DNA of 64,000 nt from the human T2T-CHM13v2.0 reference genome, Homo sapiens: assembly GCF_009914755.1 (NCBI RefSeq), contig NC_060940.1; one strand, 5' to 3'. Shown here piece after piece: positions 1 to 12,291 of this stretch. The notes under the pieces were generated by a model that saw only the letters and a list, made by a program, of their open reading frames with translations, did no database searches and was not told where the DNA came from. Positions within the stretch are counted from its first letter, which is position 1. Every line of letters starts with the position of its first letter. A program made the translations under genes and the position numbers.

Positions 1-295
1 ATCTGGATGAGAGGTGACACTTGAGCAGGTTTGGAAAAGGTAAGGGAGGAAGCTGTGCATGTGCAAAGGCCACGGGGCAGCGGCTAAAGGAGGTAAAGGA
101 GCCATCCACAGCATGTGCAAAGGCCCTGGGGCAGCAATTTACCTGGTTTTTTTTCTAGGAATGCAAGGAGGTAAATGTGGATGGAGCAGAATGTGCCTTG
201 AGGAGGGTGGAAGGAGGTGAGCTCTGTGAGTCACTAGTGGGGTCAGATGGTGTAGGGCCTTGTAAGAACTTTGGCCGTTAACTCTGAGGGAGAGG
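1..295 (-). mobile_element. L2 LINE fragment
   Basis: Purine-rich antisense L2-like text (gaggtgacacttgagc..., tgcaaaggccctgggg, cagatggtgtagggccttgtaag); boundaries approximate. Confidence 0.6.
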
Positions 296-383
296 AGAGA
301 GCTGTGTCTGCTCTAATACATTCAGGAAAGTGGCAGCTCTGAAGACCGAAGTGCCTCCTGGCTTGCCTCTCTCCCTCCCGCAG

Positions 384-440
384 CCTCTTCCTCTTCCTCT
401 TCCTCTTCCTCTTCCTCTTCCTCTCCCTCTCCCTCTCCCT
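384..440. repeat. (CCTCTT)n/(CCTCTC)n hexamer microsatellite
   Basis: Directly visible tandem hexamers, pure pyrimidine on + strand. Confidence 0.95.
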
Positions 441-1215
441 GACCCTCCCCCAGCTGCCCACTGTTTTGTGGGGATTGATTGGGCCCATTGAGGCCTGCTG
501 CCTGGAGTAGCAGCCTTGCCCACAGTCCAGTCTGGGGACCTTTCTCGGCCATCCCCTCCTCCAGCTATCCTCAGTGTTGGTCACTTATGGCTTTTGCTAT
601 TTATATAGCACAGTGGTTTATAAACTCTGCTTCTAGAATTTCGCAACCCGTCCTGCAGCATGTTATCTGTCCAGGCAGATAGTGGCGATCTTTATCCAAA
701 TCAAAGGACTGAAATTAAGGGGATGGAATTGTCTGCATTTTATGTTTTCCACCCAACATATTTTGTCATAAACTGGGAACTTGTGTAAGGTGGCATCCAG
801 TTTAGTTCAATCCTGTATGTAATCATTTCAAGCTTAATAAATTAGTTAATATTTGTTAAACACCTACTGTGTCTTGGGGTTTCTGCGAGATGTGAGATTC
901 ATTGGCGGACAAACCAGATAGCGTTTTTGCCAAGTCACCGAGATAGTTTCAGGTCCTTGGCCATCATCTTTTTCCACCAACTCCAGGTCAGCTCAGGGGC
1001 CCACCAGGTGGAAGTCGCCCTTCCCTGGCGGACCTCGCCCGTTCCCATTCCTTCTGGCAAAGTCAGATTTGGTGAAAAGGCCACAGCAGCTGGGTGGAGT
1101 TCCACTTGCCAGCTCGAGGAAGAGTTCTGGGAGGCACGGGAAGCCAAAACCGCCTGTGAAGGAGGCCTGGTGCAGCTCAGAAAGCCCTGGCTCTGGCCGA
1201 GGTTTGGGATGTGTG

Positions 1216-1229
1216 GCTGCCATGGCAAC
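1216..1229. promoter_or_regulatory. RFX X-box motif
   Basis: GCTGCCATGGCAAC, 13/14 match to palindrome GTTGCCATGGCAAC; function untested. Confidence 0.4.
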
Positions 1230-1819
1230 CCGTCTCCCCGACGAAGGGTAGACGGGTTGGGCGCCGAACGCAGGGTGTTGCAGGTTGGGCTCCATTTTGA
1301 CTCTGGTGGAGAACGATCACCTGGCTGCAAAACCAACCTCCCCGCCCAGTACAAGCATCTCCTCTTCCCCCTTGGGCCACGAGGGTGGGGGACTTGAGGC
1401 AGGAGTGGGTTTTTGTAGTGGGATCATTGGGTAATCATCTCCGGCTCTCTGCTGCAGTTGGTGCGCACAGACCCGGCTAGTTTAAGGCCATTGATGGGAC
1501 TCCTGTAGACGCTAAGCGATGGAAACATTGTGCGCATCCAGTACTCGGCGTGCTCTGGATGGGGCTGGAAGATGCCAGGTGGGCTTCTGAAACGAGTGTG
1601 GGGTTCACTCTACCTTTGATCTTTGCCTGCCCGGGTGTCCTCATTCATTTAACTCTTGGCTTCCTTATTCCTCTGTCCTTATCCCCTTCCTAGGAGTGGG
1701 GTCTGCTCAGATATACCCTCTTCCCTGCCTCTTTCCCTCCCTCCCCTCCTGCCTTCCTCCTCCTGCCCCTGAAAACCTCTTTTTTTTTCTGTCCAAGGCT
1801 TTCTTGGGCGAGTTTAGAG

Positions 1820-2362
1820 CAGCAGTTTCCAACTTGAGCTGCGCATTGGAATTACTTGAGGAGCTTAAAAAATGTCCTGATGCCTGACTCCACCCCCAGA
1901 GGTTGAGATTCATTTGCTGTGTATGGGGCTCAGACGTCTTATTTTTTATTCCGACATCATTTGCTTGAATAGCTGTGGAGTATTCTATTGCGTATGTATA
2001 CCAGAATGTATTAAGCTACTTTCCTGTTGATGGACATTTAAGTTGTTCCTAAATTTTCCTAGTATAATATGTTCTCCATCCATCTCCTTGTGAGCTCATA
2101 TCTGTCAAGAAATACTGCGAACGACTTTGAAATGGGTGGCGAAAGATTCCTGGGTGTGTTGTCTAGCTCACTCATCCGAGCTATTTCTACCTTTTGTTTT
2201 CTTTGAGCTATTTTACAACTCTAATTGTGGAAAGCTGATAATACTGCAAGTGGTTCTGGTTCATGAAAATGCAAACCAGCTGTGCCTGTGGACTGCTGGA
2301 CGTCCCAGCTTGTAGACACTCCCCAGGTGATTCTACAGTGTGGCCTGGGTGGAGAATTCCCA
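1820..2362 (+). mobile_element. MER5A-type hAT MITE split by an insertion containing antisense L1M-like sequence
   Basis: Left part cagcagtttccaacttgagctgcgcattggaattac...ccacccccagag (1820-1935); right part ccccaggtgattctacagtgtggcctgggtggagaa (2320-2362); L1M-like ttcctgttgatggacatttaagttgttcc in between. Confidence 0.55.
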
Positions 2363-2479
2363 TTCGGAAGACTGGAGGTAATTTCTTACCACAGCCCTTC
2401 TGATGTCCCTCCCGACTCAGTGGGAACTGATGGCCTATTTATTTAGCTGTATGTTTACGCAGCCCGTGGAAATAACAGT

Positions 2480-2680
2480 AAGAGCTAACATTAACTGAGC
2501 ACTTATAATATGCCAGATCCTTTTTTGAGAATTTTAGGTGTTATTTAGTTATGTGAGTACAATTTTTCATAGACAGGGAACAACCTGGTGAAATAGGTGG
2601 TCTTATTCCCAAATGCAGAAGGGGAAGCTGAGGCGAAAGAGCTTGCTGGAGGTGGTATTGCTAATGAATGATAGAGCTGG
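2480..2680 (-). mobile_element. MIR SINE
   Basis: gctaacattaactgagcacttat...gcagaaggggaagctgaggc resembles antisense MIR. Confidence 0.6.
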
Positions 2681-4399
2681 GGTGGCACCACGTGGCCTGC
2701 TTGGACCACCATACTGTAGAGGTGGGAGTACCCAGCTCTCCCCTGGATTCTGCCACTTCCCCGAATGAGTCACTCAGGCGCTGTGAGTGTGTCATGGGAC
2801 CGATGATCCTAAGCTCCCAGACCTACTGCGGAGGGTTGAGGGGTTGGGCGTGAGAGCCTGGCACCCGGCCTGACAGGCAGAGAGGGGCTCCCAAAGGCCA
2901 CACGCAAGGCCATCACTCTGTTCTTGGCGTGTTGGTTTGCACGTTCATTGCCTGCTGGCCAGAGCGAGCTGGTGTGTCAGACTCACGTGAACGGGCTTAG
3001 GGGAAGAAAGGGAGGCTTTTCCATCACAGCCAGGCTTTCTCAGAGATATTCAGGTTCCCAAGAAGTGGCTGTGAGATCTGGAGTTGATGGACTTAATTCA
3101 GAGACAAACATGCGCACTCTGTGTTCAGGGCCTTGCATCTGTTTCGTCCACTAGGCCTCAGAGCAGCCCTGGGAGGTAGATATGATCGCGCCCATTTGAC
3201 AGATGTGGAAACCAAGGATCATCCATTTGTTCTTGGGTTTCTTTTCTAATTCACCTCATACGTCCTAGGCCCTGAGACGCAGTGGCAACTAGGAAATTGC
3301 ACTTCGGGTCCTCGCTGGAGTTCATTCAGGAGGGGTGCCCAGGGCCGGGCCACTTTGCACTTGAGTGCACACAGTGACTCTCCAAGCAGACCGCCGAGTC
3401 CCTCCAGTCCCGCAGAGTTTCCGGGTGTCCTCAGCCACAGGAGGTGAGGCTGGAGTGGGCCGGCCCATTGCCCGGTCCCCAGAGAGAGCCAGACTCCCCA
3501 GGAACTAATTTCTTAAGAGACCTTGAAGGCTCTTAACTCCCTAAGCGAATCCAGCTGTGCCTGGTGGCCGGCACTGTTGCAGATGTCCTGGCCAAAGCCA
3601 GCTTGGTTTGGAAGCCCGGCCCCAACAGCCGCCAAGTCTGGAAATGAAGTAAATGAGTGAGTTGTTCTTGGCCATTTTCCCCTCATCTCAACCCAGCTCA
3701 AATCAAACTGGAGCTCTGACCTCAGGCATCGCACATTCCATACTCCCCGGCCTCCTGGGGTTCAAAGGCGCACGGCAGGCGATAACCGCACTGGGCGTTG
3801 AGCGCCGTGAGGGAAGCTTCTGGAGGGAGCGTGGGACTGGGGTGGGGGCAGCTGGCGCAGCTTCGTTTCTCTGGACACCAGGCCTCGGAGAAACAGAAGG
3901 GGACGCCTGCTGGGCTGTGCTTGGCCTCTGGTCATGGGGGGCCCTGAGAACCAGAACAGGCCCTGCAGGGGTGAGGCTTCTAGTGAACCGGGGGGGGTGT
4001 GGGGGCTACTTTGGGGTGCCCCCTCCCCACCCTCCCTTGCCTCCTGAGCCTCACTGCTCTACCTGGGAGCCCCAGCGTGACTTCTTGAGAAATGGTGGCC
4101 TCTGCTAAGCAAGGCTGTCCCGGGCGGTCACGGCGAGCTGGCACCTGGATTCCTGAGGTCCTGAGGAACCCGCTTCAAACCTGGGTGGTCAGGGCCGAGT
4201 GGGGCTCTGACTGCTCCACTCCCGAGGCCCCAGACCAAACCACACAGCCCTTGAGGGTGAATCACTTTGAAGTGAGGGGTTCTGAGCCTGTGGCCTGCCA
4301 AGCGGGCCGGCTTGGCGGGAATGGGCAGGCTGGGCAGCATGGCCCGCGTGGCTTCCAGGCAGCAACTCCTCTCCCAAGGCGAAGGAAGCCAGAGCCAGA

Positions 4400-4620
4400 G
4401 CGCAAGGCTCTGGGCTTTGTGGTCAGAGAGCGGCTGAGTTCAGATATCATTTCCTAGCTCTGTGACACTGGGCAAGTCACTTAACCACTCTGAGCCTCAG
4501 CTTGCTTTATGTGCAAACTGTGGCTTCCTTGCACCACTCTCACAGGGTCTGTGTGAGGATTAAAGGAAAAAACCCATGCAAAGTGTTTGGTTGGTGCCTG
4601 GCACGGAGTAAAGGCTCAAG
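4400..4620 (+). mobile_element. MIR SINE
   Basis: tagctctgtgacactgggcaagtcacttaaccactctgagcctcag...gtgaggattaaa...gtgcctggcac MIR core. Confidence 0.8.
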
Positions 4621-5044
4621 AGCTGTGGTGCCAGAGAGCAGCTTCAGGGGGCTTAGCCCAGCAGCATCTCAGAGCAATCCCCTATCAACAAACAAAAAGG
4701 ATGTTCCGGCTCTGCAAACACGGTTACTAGACGATCTTCGAATGCCTCTTCTTGCATGGAATGACTGCTCTCGGCTTCTGCTCTTTGCAACCTGGAGGTG
4801 CCATTGGGATGCCCTGGCAGCCTCGCATCTTACTTTAATTATTATTTTATTTTATTTTTATTTATTGTTGTTTTATTGTTTATTATTGTTGGCAAGACGC
4901 CGTTTGCATAGTAAACTGAGAGTATTATTATTGTTTTTTATTGGCTGCATGACCTTAGCATACTAAAGATGAGTACATTGTTATTATTGTTATGGTTCTG
5001 ATTAGCTCCGTGACCGTAGCACACCGAAGCTGAGAGAGTGCGAC

Positions 5045-5300
5045 CGTAGGGGGTTAAGGGCTCATATTCCAGAGCCAGTCTGCATGGGTTTTAAATTCCT
5101 CTTCCTCCACTTCCTCCACTTCCTAGTGGGTGACCTTGGGTCACCCGCTGAGAGTCCCTGTGCCTCAGTTTCCCTGTCTCTAAACTGGGCATAATAGTGT
5201 CTACCTCACTGGGTTGCAGGGAGGATTAAATGAGTAATACGTATGAAGTGCTTAGAACTGGGCCCGATGCACGGAGGGAGTGTGCTGTTAGCCATCATTG
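5045..5300 (+). mobile_element. MIR SINE, near full length
   Basis: ggttaagggc...gtgaccttggg...ctgtgcctcagtttcc...gaggattaaatgag...gtgcttagaac. Confidence 0.85.
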
Positions 5301-5766
5301 TAGTCATCCACTCATTCCACCTGCAGGTTTTGATTGTTGGCCTCCTCTGTGTCTGGTTCTCCCCGAAACAGTGGATATATGCATCTCCTGGGACTGCTAT
5401 AAGGGTGACATGCCTGTTCCTTCCCCCATCCCCTCTCTGTGTGCCCCTTCTCCTTGGTGGCACTCCTGGGCAGTCATCAGCTTCCTTGCTTTACCGCAGC
5501 ACCAGGGAGGCTCCTGTGACTTTCAGGAGAGCCTTGGGAGGGCACAGAACCTCTGTACTCCTCTTCGGGAACTCTCCCCACAGCTCCTGGCTCTTCGCTG
5601 TTCTGCAGGCCCAGTGTGATCTGGAAGACGGGGAGAGAATAATCTCTGGCAGAGCGATGTAGTTGCCACTGTAGAATCAGATGTGAGCCACTGTCATTGA
5701 TGCTGGACTTTGCTTCCTGTCTCTGGCAGGCACTGGAAGAGATGGCCTTTCAGACCTTCCTGTGAG

Positions 5767-6130
5767 TTTCATTCATGCTTCATTCTTTCATTCATTTTTT
5801 TTTTTCATTCAGTCTCTTCCCATTCTTTCTGCTTTCATTCATTCTATTCGTTCATTCTTTTGTTATTCATTCATTTTTCAGTTTGATTGTCTGCTTTGTC
5901 CTGGCCATACTCTCAGGCACAGGAGATGCACCCATGAAGGCCCAGCTGGTCCAAGGCCTTGGGGAGCTCACATCCCTAGCTGGTGGCATGAGGAAAGGCG
6001 GGCAAGGAGGGGTACGATGTGCCCATACAGATGCTGATGGTGCACTCAGAGGCTGACTTGAGGGGTGAGGGAGGGCTTTCTGGAGGAGGTGACTTCTATG
6101 TGCACAGGAGAGGAGGAGCTGGAGTTGGTG
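5767..6130 (-). mobile_element. L2 LINE 3' fragment with (TTCA)n tail
   Basis: ttcattcattc-type repeats followed by ggagctcacatccctag...gagggctttctggaggaggtgac. Confidence 0.6.
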
Positions 6131-7003
6131 GGTGAAGAGGGGAGGTAGTGCTTGTTCCCCACAGAGGGGGACTTTACTTGCAGAGGCTCCAGGCCCTGAG
6201 GAAAGGAGTACCACAATACACTGGTACTTTTTTCTCCTCGGTAGTCAGAGCGTATTATTCAGGTACATCACTTGGGTGCAGGGGCTTGGGTGAGAGACCA
6301 GCAGGAGAGGTCTCCTTTGTGAGTCCCTCTTTCCAAAAGTGCCGCTGTACCCGGAGGTCTGGAAGACTTTACAAGTGTGTGACTTTCAGAGTGCAGGAAC
6401 CCAGCACACCCTGTCACCAAACAGACCCACGAGGCCACCATTCTCCCAGGACCCAGCTGTGGGATGGCCTTGGCTCCTGCTTCTGGTTTTATGGAGCCCC
6501 CCTCCCTTCTCTGTGAAACGGCACTGCCCAGGCTCGTTCAGGGAGGGGGAGAGAGCTGATGTGCGATGTGTGCGTAGTGCCCAGCGAAGGGCCCTTCACG
6601 CTGGGAGCTTTTGGCAAATGCCAACTCTGGCAGGAGGAGGCACAGGGGAAGGAGAGTCTCGGGAACTTCCCCAGCTCTCCAGTGCTAGGAATTTGACCTT
6701 TTCTAGGGGTTCAGAATCCAGTGATGTCCTGAAATCTGCAGTTTCTGCTGCAGAAAGACAGTTTTTTATGTGTTTCCGGCCACCGGGATTCTTGATATCT
6801 TCTCAGTACCAGCCTTTGGACTGGTGCTCTTTGGGTCCCTGGGGAGTGAGAGGGGAAGTGAGAGAGGGCAAGAGACCTGTGGACACGCCTGCACGCCTGT
6901 GCCAGAGGCCTGTAGTGTCCCAAGGAGCCTGACATCCCTCAGGGGCTGTAAGAGGTTAGGTGTAGCTAAAGGTTCCTGTTCCTCTCTGACAGAGTCATCA
7001 CTA

Positions 7004-7457
<454 letters not shown>

Positions 7458-8079
7458 CTAGCATGGCGGGGGAATAAGGGCCCTGAAGCAGACAAGACCC
7501 ACACAGGGCAAAGGGAGCAGGTGTTTGTGGCGTGGCCAGTCCTCTACCAGGCTAACACTTGATGTGAAACTTTAAGGAGGGTGAAGGAGGGAGCCACCCT
7601 GGGGTGTCTGGGTAGAACATTCCAGACAAGGAGAGCAAATGCACAGGCCCCAAGGAGGACACGGAGGCATAGGGAGCACTTGAGATGGGGCAGGCATCGA
7701 ACTGGGTGCAGAATACACACTTTCTCCTTTTATCTAGTGATCCTAAGAGTTTCCCCTGTGTAATGCCAGTTTTTCTCCTGGCTGTGTGGAGGCTCCAAGG
7801 GGTCCAGCCTGCACACAGTGGAGGGGTCGAGATTTGAACTGGTGACTGCTTGACTGCATAGCCTTGGCTCTCGTTGGGCTGCGCGGGCTGAGCTGAGAGA
7901 CTGGGGTAGGGGTTTTGTGGTGGGTTCCTGTTCCTGACCCATGTGGGGTCTGGCCATTACCCTTGCAGGCATTATCCTCGTGAGGGCTCAGGAACGGTGT
8001 CACCCATCACAGGGCGACAGCTCCAGAGATGTCTAGGGGGCTGGAGTGCCGGTGTCTGGGGTTGGCCTTACAAGAGCCT

Positions 8080-8290
8080 GGTGAGGACAGGGCTGGGCCA
8101 GCCCTTGCCTTTTGAGTCCCGTCTCTGTCACCGCATGGCTGTGTGAGACTCTGGGCAAGTCACACCCTTTCTGAGTCCTCGTTTTCTTGGTAAAAACGGG
8201 GTTAGTAAAACTCCCTGCCCTGCTTCCTTACAGAGCTTTTGTGAGGCTCAGGGAAGATTATGTGTGGGAAAGCCCTCTGTGGGCTCCAAA
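8080..8290 (+). mobile_element. MIR SINE
   Basis: gctgtgtgagactctgggcaagtcacaccctttctgagtcctcgttttc...tttgtgagg. Confidence 0.6.
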
Positions 8291-8759
8291 GCCCTGGACA
8301 CGAGAATTCTGATTTTCCTTTATTTAATTGCAAAAACAGTATCAGTGGAACATGGAAGATAATTTAAAAGAAGACGAAAAAAACCTCTTCATACAATTCA
8401 CCCAAGTATGGAAATCCTACCCTACCCAAGTATACACCAGCTGAATGGGTTTGGATGTATTTTCAGATAAATTCCTCACTTGGCGAACTCTTGCCGCTTG
8501 ACGTCCCCAACTCCACAATCACGTGGATCTGGATCATTTGGCACCCTTCCCTGTCTGAACTCGGGAGCTGGATGGATTTGGCTACTGAGGATTGCTTGTA
8601 TCGATTTTCCACTTATTCCTCTTGGTCTTGGCCCATCTGTACACATACTTTTATGTCATTACAGGCACAGTGAACATGCTGGTTTCTTTCCATTTTCTCC
8701 TCTACCGTCATCAGCGGAGATGACGTTTTACCTAGTCTTCGCCGTGATGGAAGCTTTTT

Positions 8760-9070
8760 AGTGGCCACGTGGTCATCTTTTGTGTCACACCATTTTTCAT
8801 GAAACCATCTCCCTTTGGTTAGATACTAAGGCCGTTTCCTGCTTTTCTTCCTCAATAGAGTGTGCCACAGTGAATATCTGCGTGCCTGTAGCGTTTTTAT
8901 CCTTTCCTTTTGATGATGAAAGATCATTTGGAAAAATTCCCAGGAGGGAGATTAGTCGGCCACAGGGGTATGAACATTTTGATGGCTTTGGATATCGATG
9001 AGGCTCTCTTGCTTTCCCGCAGAGTGGAGCCCATCTGTAATGCCATCCACAGGGTGCAAGCGTCCTTATT
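8760..9070 (-). mobile_element. old L1M fragment
   Basis: gtgaatatctgcgtgcctg...ggaaaaattcccaggagggagatt...ggtatgaacatttt resembles antisense L1M 3' region. Confidence 0.5.
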
Positions 9071-10151
9071 TTAACACTGCCATGTCCTCTCCGGGTGTCA
9101 TTGTTTTTCATTTTTTTCTTAAATTAACTTCACGTGTTGAAAATGGTGCAGTGTTCAGTGTTATTAGTCAACAGCTGGCTTTGAGACACATGCCTGAGTG
9201 CCTTCAGCTCCTGGCTGAGTCCTCTGTCCCTCTGTCCGTGGCCACTCAGCCATGAGCACTTCTGTTAGCGATGAAGATGAAAAAGTGTCCCTTCTGCCCA
9301 GGCTCTCCCTTCCTCCTCTGGCTGCAGAGCAGGGAGGGGTTTCAGTGGCATCGCGGTGGCCGGGAGCGAGTGTGCTGGCCGGCTGGGCCTTGCTGGCCAG
9401 GCCAGGCTATGCAGGCCCTCGAGAGGGCCTGGGGACAAAGGCGCCTTGGGAGGAGGAGGCAAAACAGGGGAGGGAAGGGAGGGCCCTGGAGAAAAAGAGG
9501 GGAAGAGAAACAAAGACAAAGGCTGGCAAAAATAGACCACGGAAACGGCAGGCAGCCGGGATAAGGAGGACAAGAGGCAGGATGTGGAAGAGGAGGGGAG
9601 GCGGAAGTTGTCGTGGGGGGTCGGGGAGAAATGGGGAGTAAAGGGAGAGTGGGTTACGGGGAGCTGTGTGGGGTGGGGGTACGTGGGAGAGAGAGACCCA
9701 GAAAGACAGACACACAGAGAGAAGGGAGCGGCCGAAGAGGAGGGCCCGTGAGCGAGAAGATGCAGATGCCCCTTTAGTAGGAGGGCATTGCTCCCTGCGC
9801 CCCTGGAAGGGACTCTGGGCTGGAAAGGACCAGAATGCAGGGAGGAGCCGCTGGCGGGGGTCACTGGAAGCTTGATTCGGGGGAAGCTGTAGGTTGGAGC
9901 TGGGAGACCCGAGTTCCTGCCCCTCCAGGGTCTTGTACGTCCTCACAGAGGACCTAGGGCCTTGATCCTGGTCCCGGCACACAGACACTTCAGGGGTGAT
10001 GGAGCCACCACACCGAATTCTCCTCTAGGGCTCTCCCCCAGCATCAGAGTGCAGTCTGAGGGCAGCAGTGGGAGCTGGACTGGGGCCATCTGTGCAAGGG
10101 GTTATTGTGCCCAGGTGCACAGGCCGGAGCTCTGGGGTCACTCACCCTCCG

Positions 10152-10181
10152 CGTTACCTGTCGTTACCTGTCGTTACCTGT
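10152..10181. repeat. perfect 3 x 10-bp tandem (CGTTACCTGT) inside a MIR
   Basis: Directly visible; flanked by MIR text (gtctttgtgaggattaaacgaag). Confidence 0.9.
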
Positions 10182-11609
10182 TGTCTGGACCATAAAATGC
10201 AGATGGGAATGTCGCCCACTTCCTCAAGTCTTTGTGAGGATTAAACGAAGTACGAAATATAAAGCACTTGGAGTGGGGCACATAGTGTGTACCGTGTGAC
10301 TCAAGGGGCTGTCCTCTTTATGGTGACGATGACAAGGGCATCAGGACAGCAGCCAGCATGGCGCAAGCCACCCGGGCCCAGCCTTGTTGAATCTTCCGGC
10401 AGTGTGGCGAGTTAGGTCTGCTCGTTCCCACTCTCCGCATGGGAAAACTGAGCTTCACAGTTAATATAAACACCAACAGTAATAACAATGGCAGCAACAA
10501 ACTGCCGAATATGAGGGCCTAACATACACGAAGCAACACGCACGTCGCAGAACCCACAGCTGAGGAGACCAGAGCTCAAAGGGGCGAGTCACCTGCTGGC
10601 TCACACAGCAGCCGGGACCGGGATTGCAGGTGACCCACGTGGCTTCAGGGCCCAGGCCTGCCCTGTGACTCACGCGGCCTGTCACCCGCCGTTTCATGTT
10701 TCAGGCCTCGCCTGTACACTGGTGCTTCTCAGGAAGTCTTAGGGAAGATGACTTATTTATTAGCCGTTTTTTTAAAATCTCTTAATTAAAAAAACAACCA
10801 GTGTGAGTATGTGGAAATGTGATTCACCATGTGATCGGGGAGGTCAGAGCCAGAGTCCCTGGCTCAAAGGTAACACCCCTGTCCACCTGGATGAAGAATG
10901 TTCCAGAAGCTTCCCTCCAGGCACGGTCCTTGCCTGCTGAGCAGTCACCGGGGGAATCGGGGGCAGTTACCGGGGCCTCAGACTGTGGGAGCTGCCTCTT
11001 CCTGGGTCTCCAGCCGTGATTTCAGACTCGTCTTTCATCCTTCCCCTCTCGGTTGCCAGCCCAGTGCTGGAGGGACGCAGGGCAGAGCCCAGCCAGCTGC
11101 AGGTGTTTCCAGGCATGTGCTGGGAATGGAGCAGATGCGGGGCTGAAGCTTTCCCCAGAACTGGCCTTTATTGACGCAGAGGGTGGGAAAGAAGGCACGT
11201 GGCTGTGCTGGGAGAGGGTGGGTCTCCCTATAGCCTGGACCTGGGAAGGGCCTTCTCTAGAGCTCTCCAGGGACGGCCAGACAGCTCCCCTTCCACCTTG
11301 GGGTGTAAGCGGAACAGGACACACTCCCCTCAGGAAGCACGGTATCAAAGAGGGTCAGGAGGAGCCCCAGCCGGCTCCCGTTCTGAGGAGGCACCTGTGG
11401 GCATGGGGGACCCCCGGGGCCGCCCCCCGATGCCTCCGCTGATGCTTAAGGTCACACAGCAGGACATGGTAGCTGGGTTCAAACTCAGGTCAGGCCAACT
11501 GCAAAGCCTGTGCTCTTTCGACTCCTGGATGGACACTGCCCAGGTGCCCCTGGGTAACTGATACCCTTGTCCCCAAACAACTCTGAATCTCTTTTCATCA
11601 TGAATATTA

Positions 11610-11830
11610 TTAATAACAATAAATACTAATAACTGCCATTTATCAAGAGCCCCTACTTGCCAGGTGCTTTCTCATTCAGCCTGCCAAGGAAGCCCGTGAG
11701 TTGGGCACCAGTATCGCACTTTACAGATGAAGTCATTGAGGTACAGAGCAGCTATGTAACTAGCCATGGATCATAGAGCTAGTGTCGGAGATGGCACCCA
11801 CACACAGTTCTGATGACAAAACCTTACACT
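11610..11830 (-). mobile_element. MIR SINE
   Basis: aataactgccatttatcaagagcccctac...ttacagatgaagtcattgagg. Confidence 0.65.
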
Positions 11831-11849
11831 TGGGGACTGTAAGGCTTTG

Positions 11850-11990
11850 GGCACATTAGGTGACCTCTCTGAGCTTCAGTTTTGTCTTCTGTAAAATGGA
11901 CCTCATATGCTGTCCGTGGCATAGGTTTGCATATGTGAATTAATGACTGTGGAGTACCTGGCACTCAGTGTTAGCTCTCACCATCATCAT
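11850..11990 (+). mobile_element. MIR SINE
   Basis: acctctctgagcttcagttttgtcttctgtaaaatgg...cctggcac. Confidence 0.65.
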
Positions 11991-12083
11991 CATCATTACT
12001 GTAGCATAGGGTTTCTCAGTGAAACAGACACTGATGGTCAGAGTGGACCTCTCAGCCTGGGGGAAGCAGAGGATGAACCCTCT

Positions 12084-12291
12084 GGGGCGGGGCCCTGGGC
12101 AGGCTGGTTCAGTGATAAGCAGGAGCCAGGCGACCCACAGGCTTCTTGGATGGGCTGGGCGTGCATGGCATAACCGTTTGAGAACAACAAACCAAGCCGG
12201 CCGGGCTGCCGCTCTGTTTCCTGCGAGGAGGGAAGTTACAGATCTCCGCCCTGGCGTCCGGGGAAGGATGGGACAGGCTGCTGAGGTACAG
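12084..12291 (+). promoter_or_regulatory. candidate alternative promoter / short first exon
   Basis: Perfect GC box GGGGCGGGGC (12084-12093), local CpG retention, strong Kozak aggATGG (ATG 12268), donor-like GAG/GTACAG after 6 codons. Confidence 0.3.

Noticed and set aside
243-584. Poly-Glu, RG-repeat and RK-repeat ORFs
   Set aside because: All three frames simply translate the (CCTCTT)n microsatellite
3370-4350. CpG island or main promoter
   Set aside because: CpGs are locally retained but look too sparse by eye for an island; obs/exp ratio not computed
10704-10802. Possible 99-nt exon (tttcag/...agt/gtgagt)
   Set aside because: Weak exonic donor context and AT-rich body; such pseudo-exons are common
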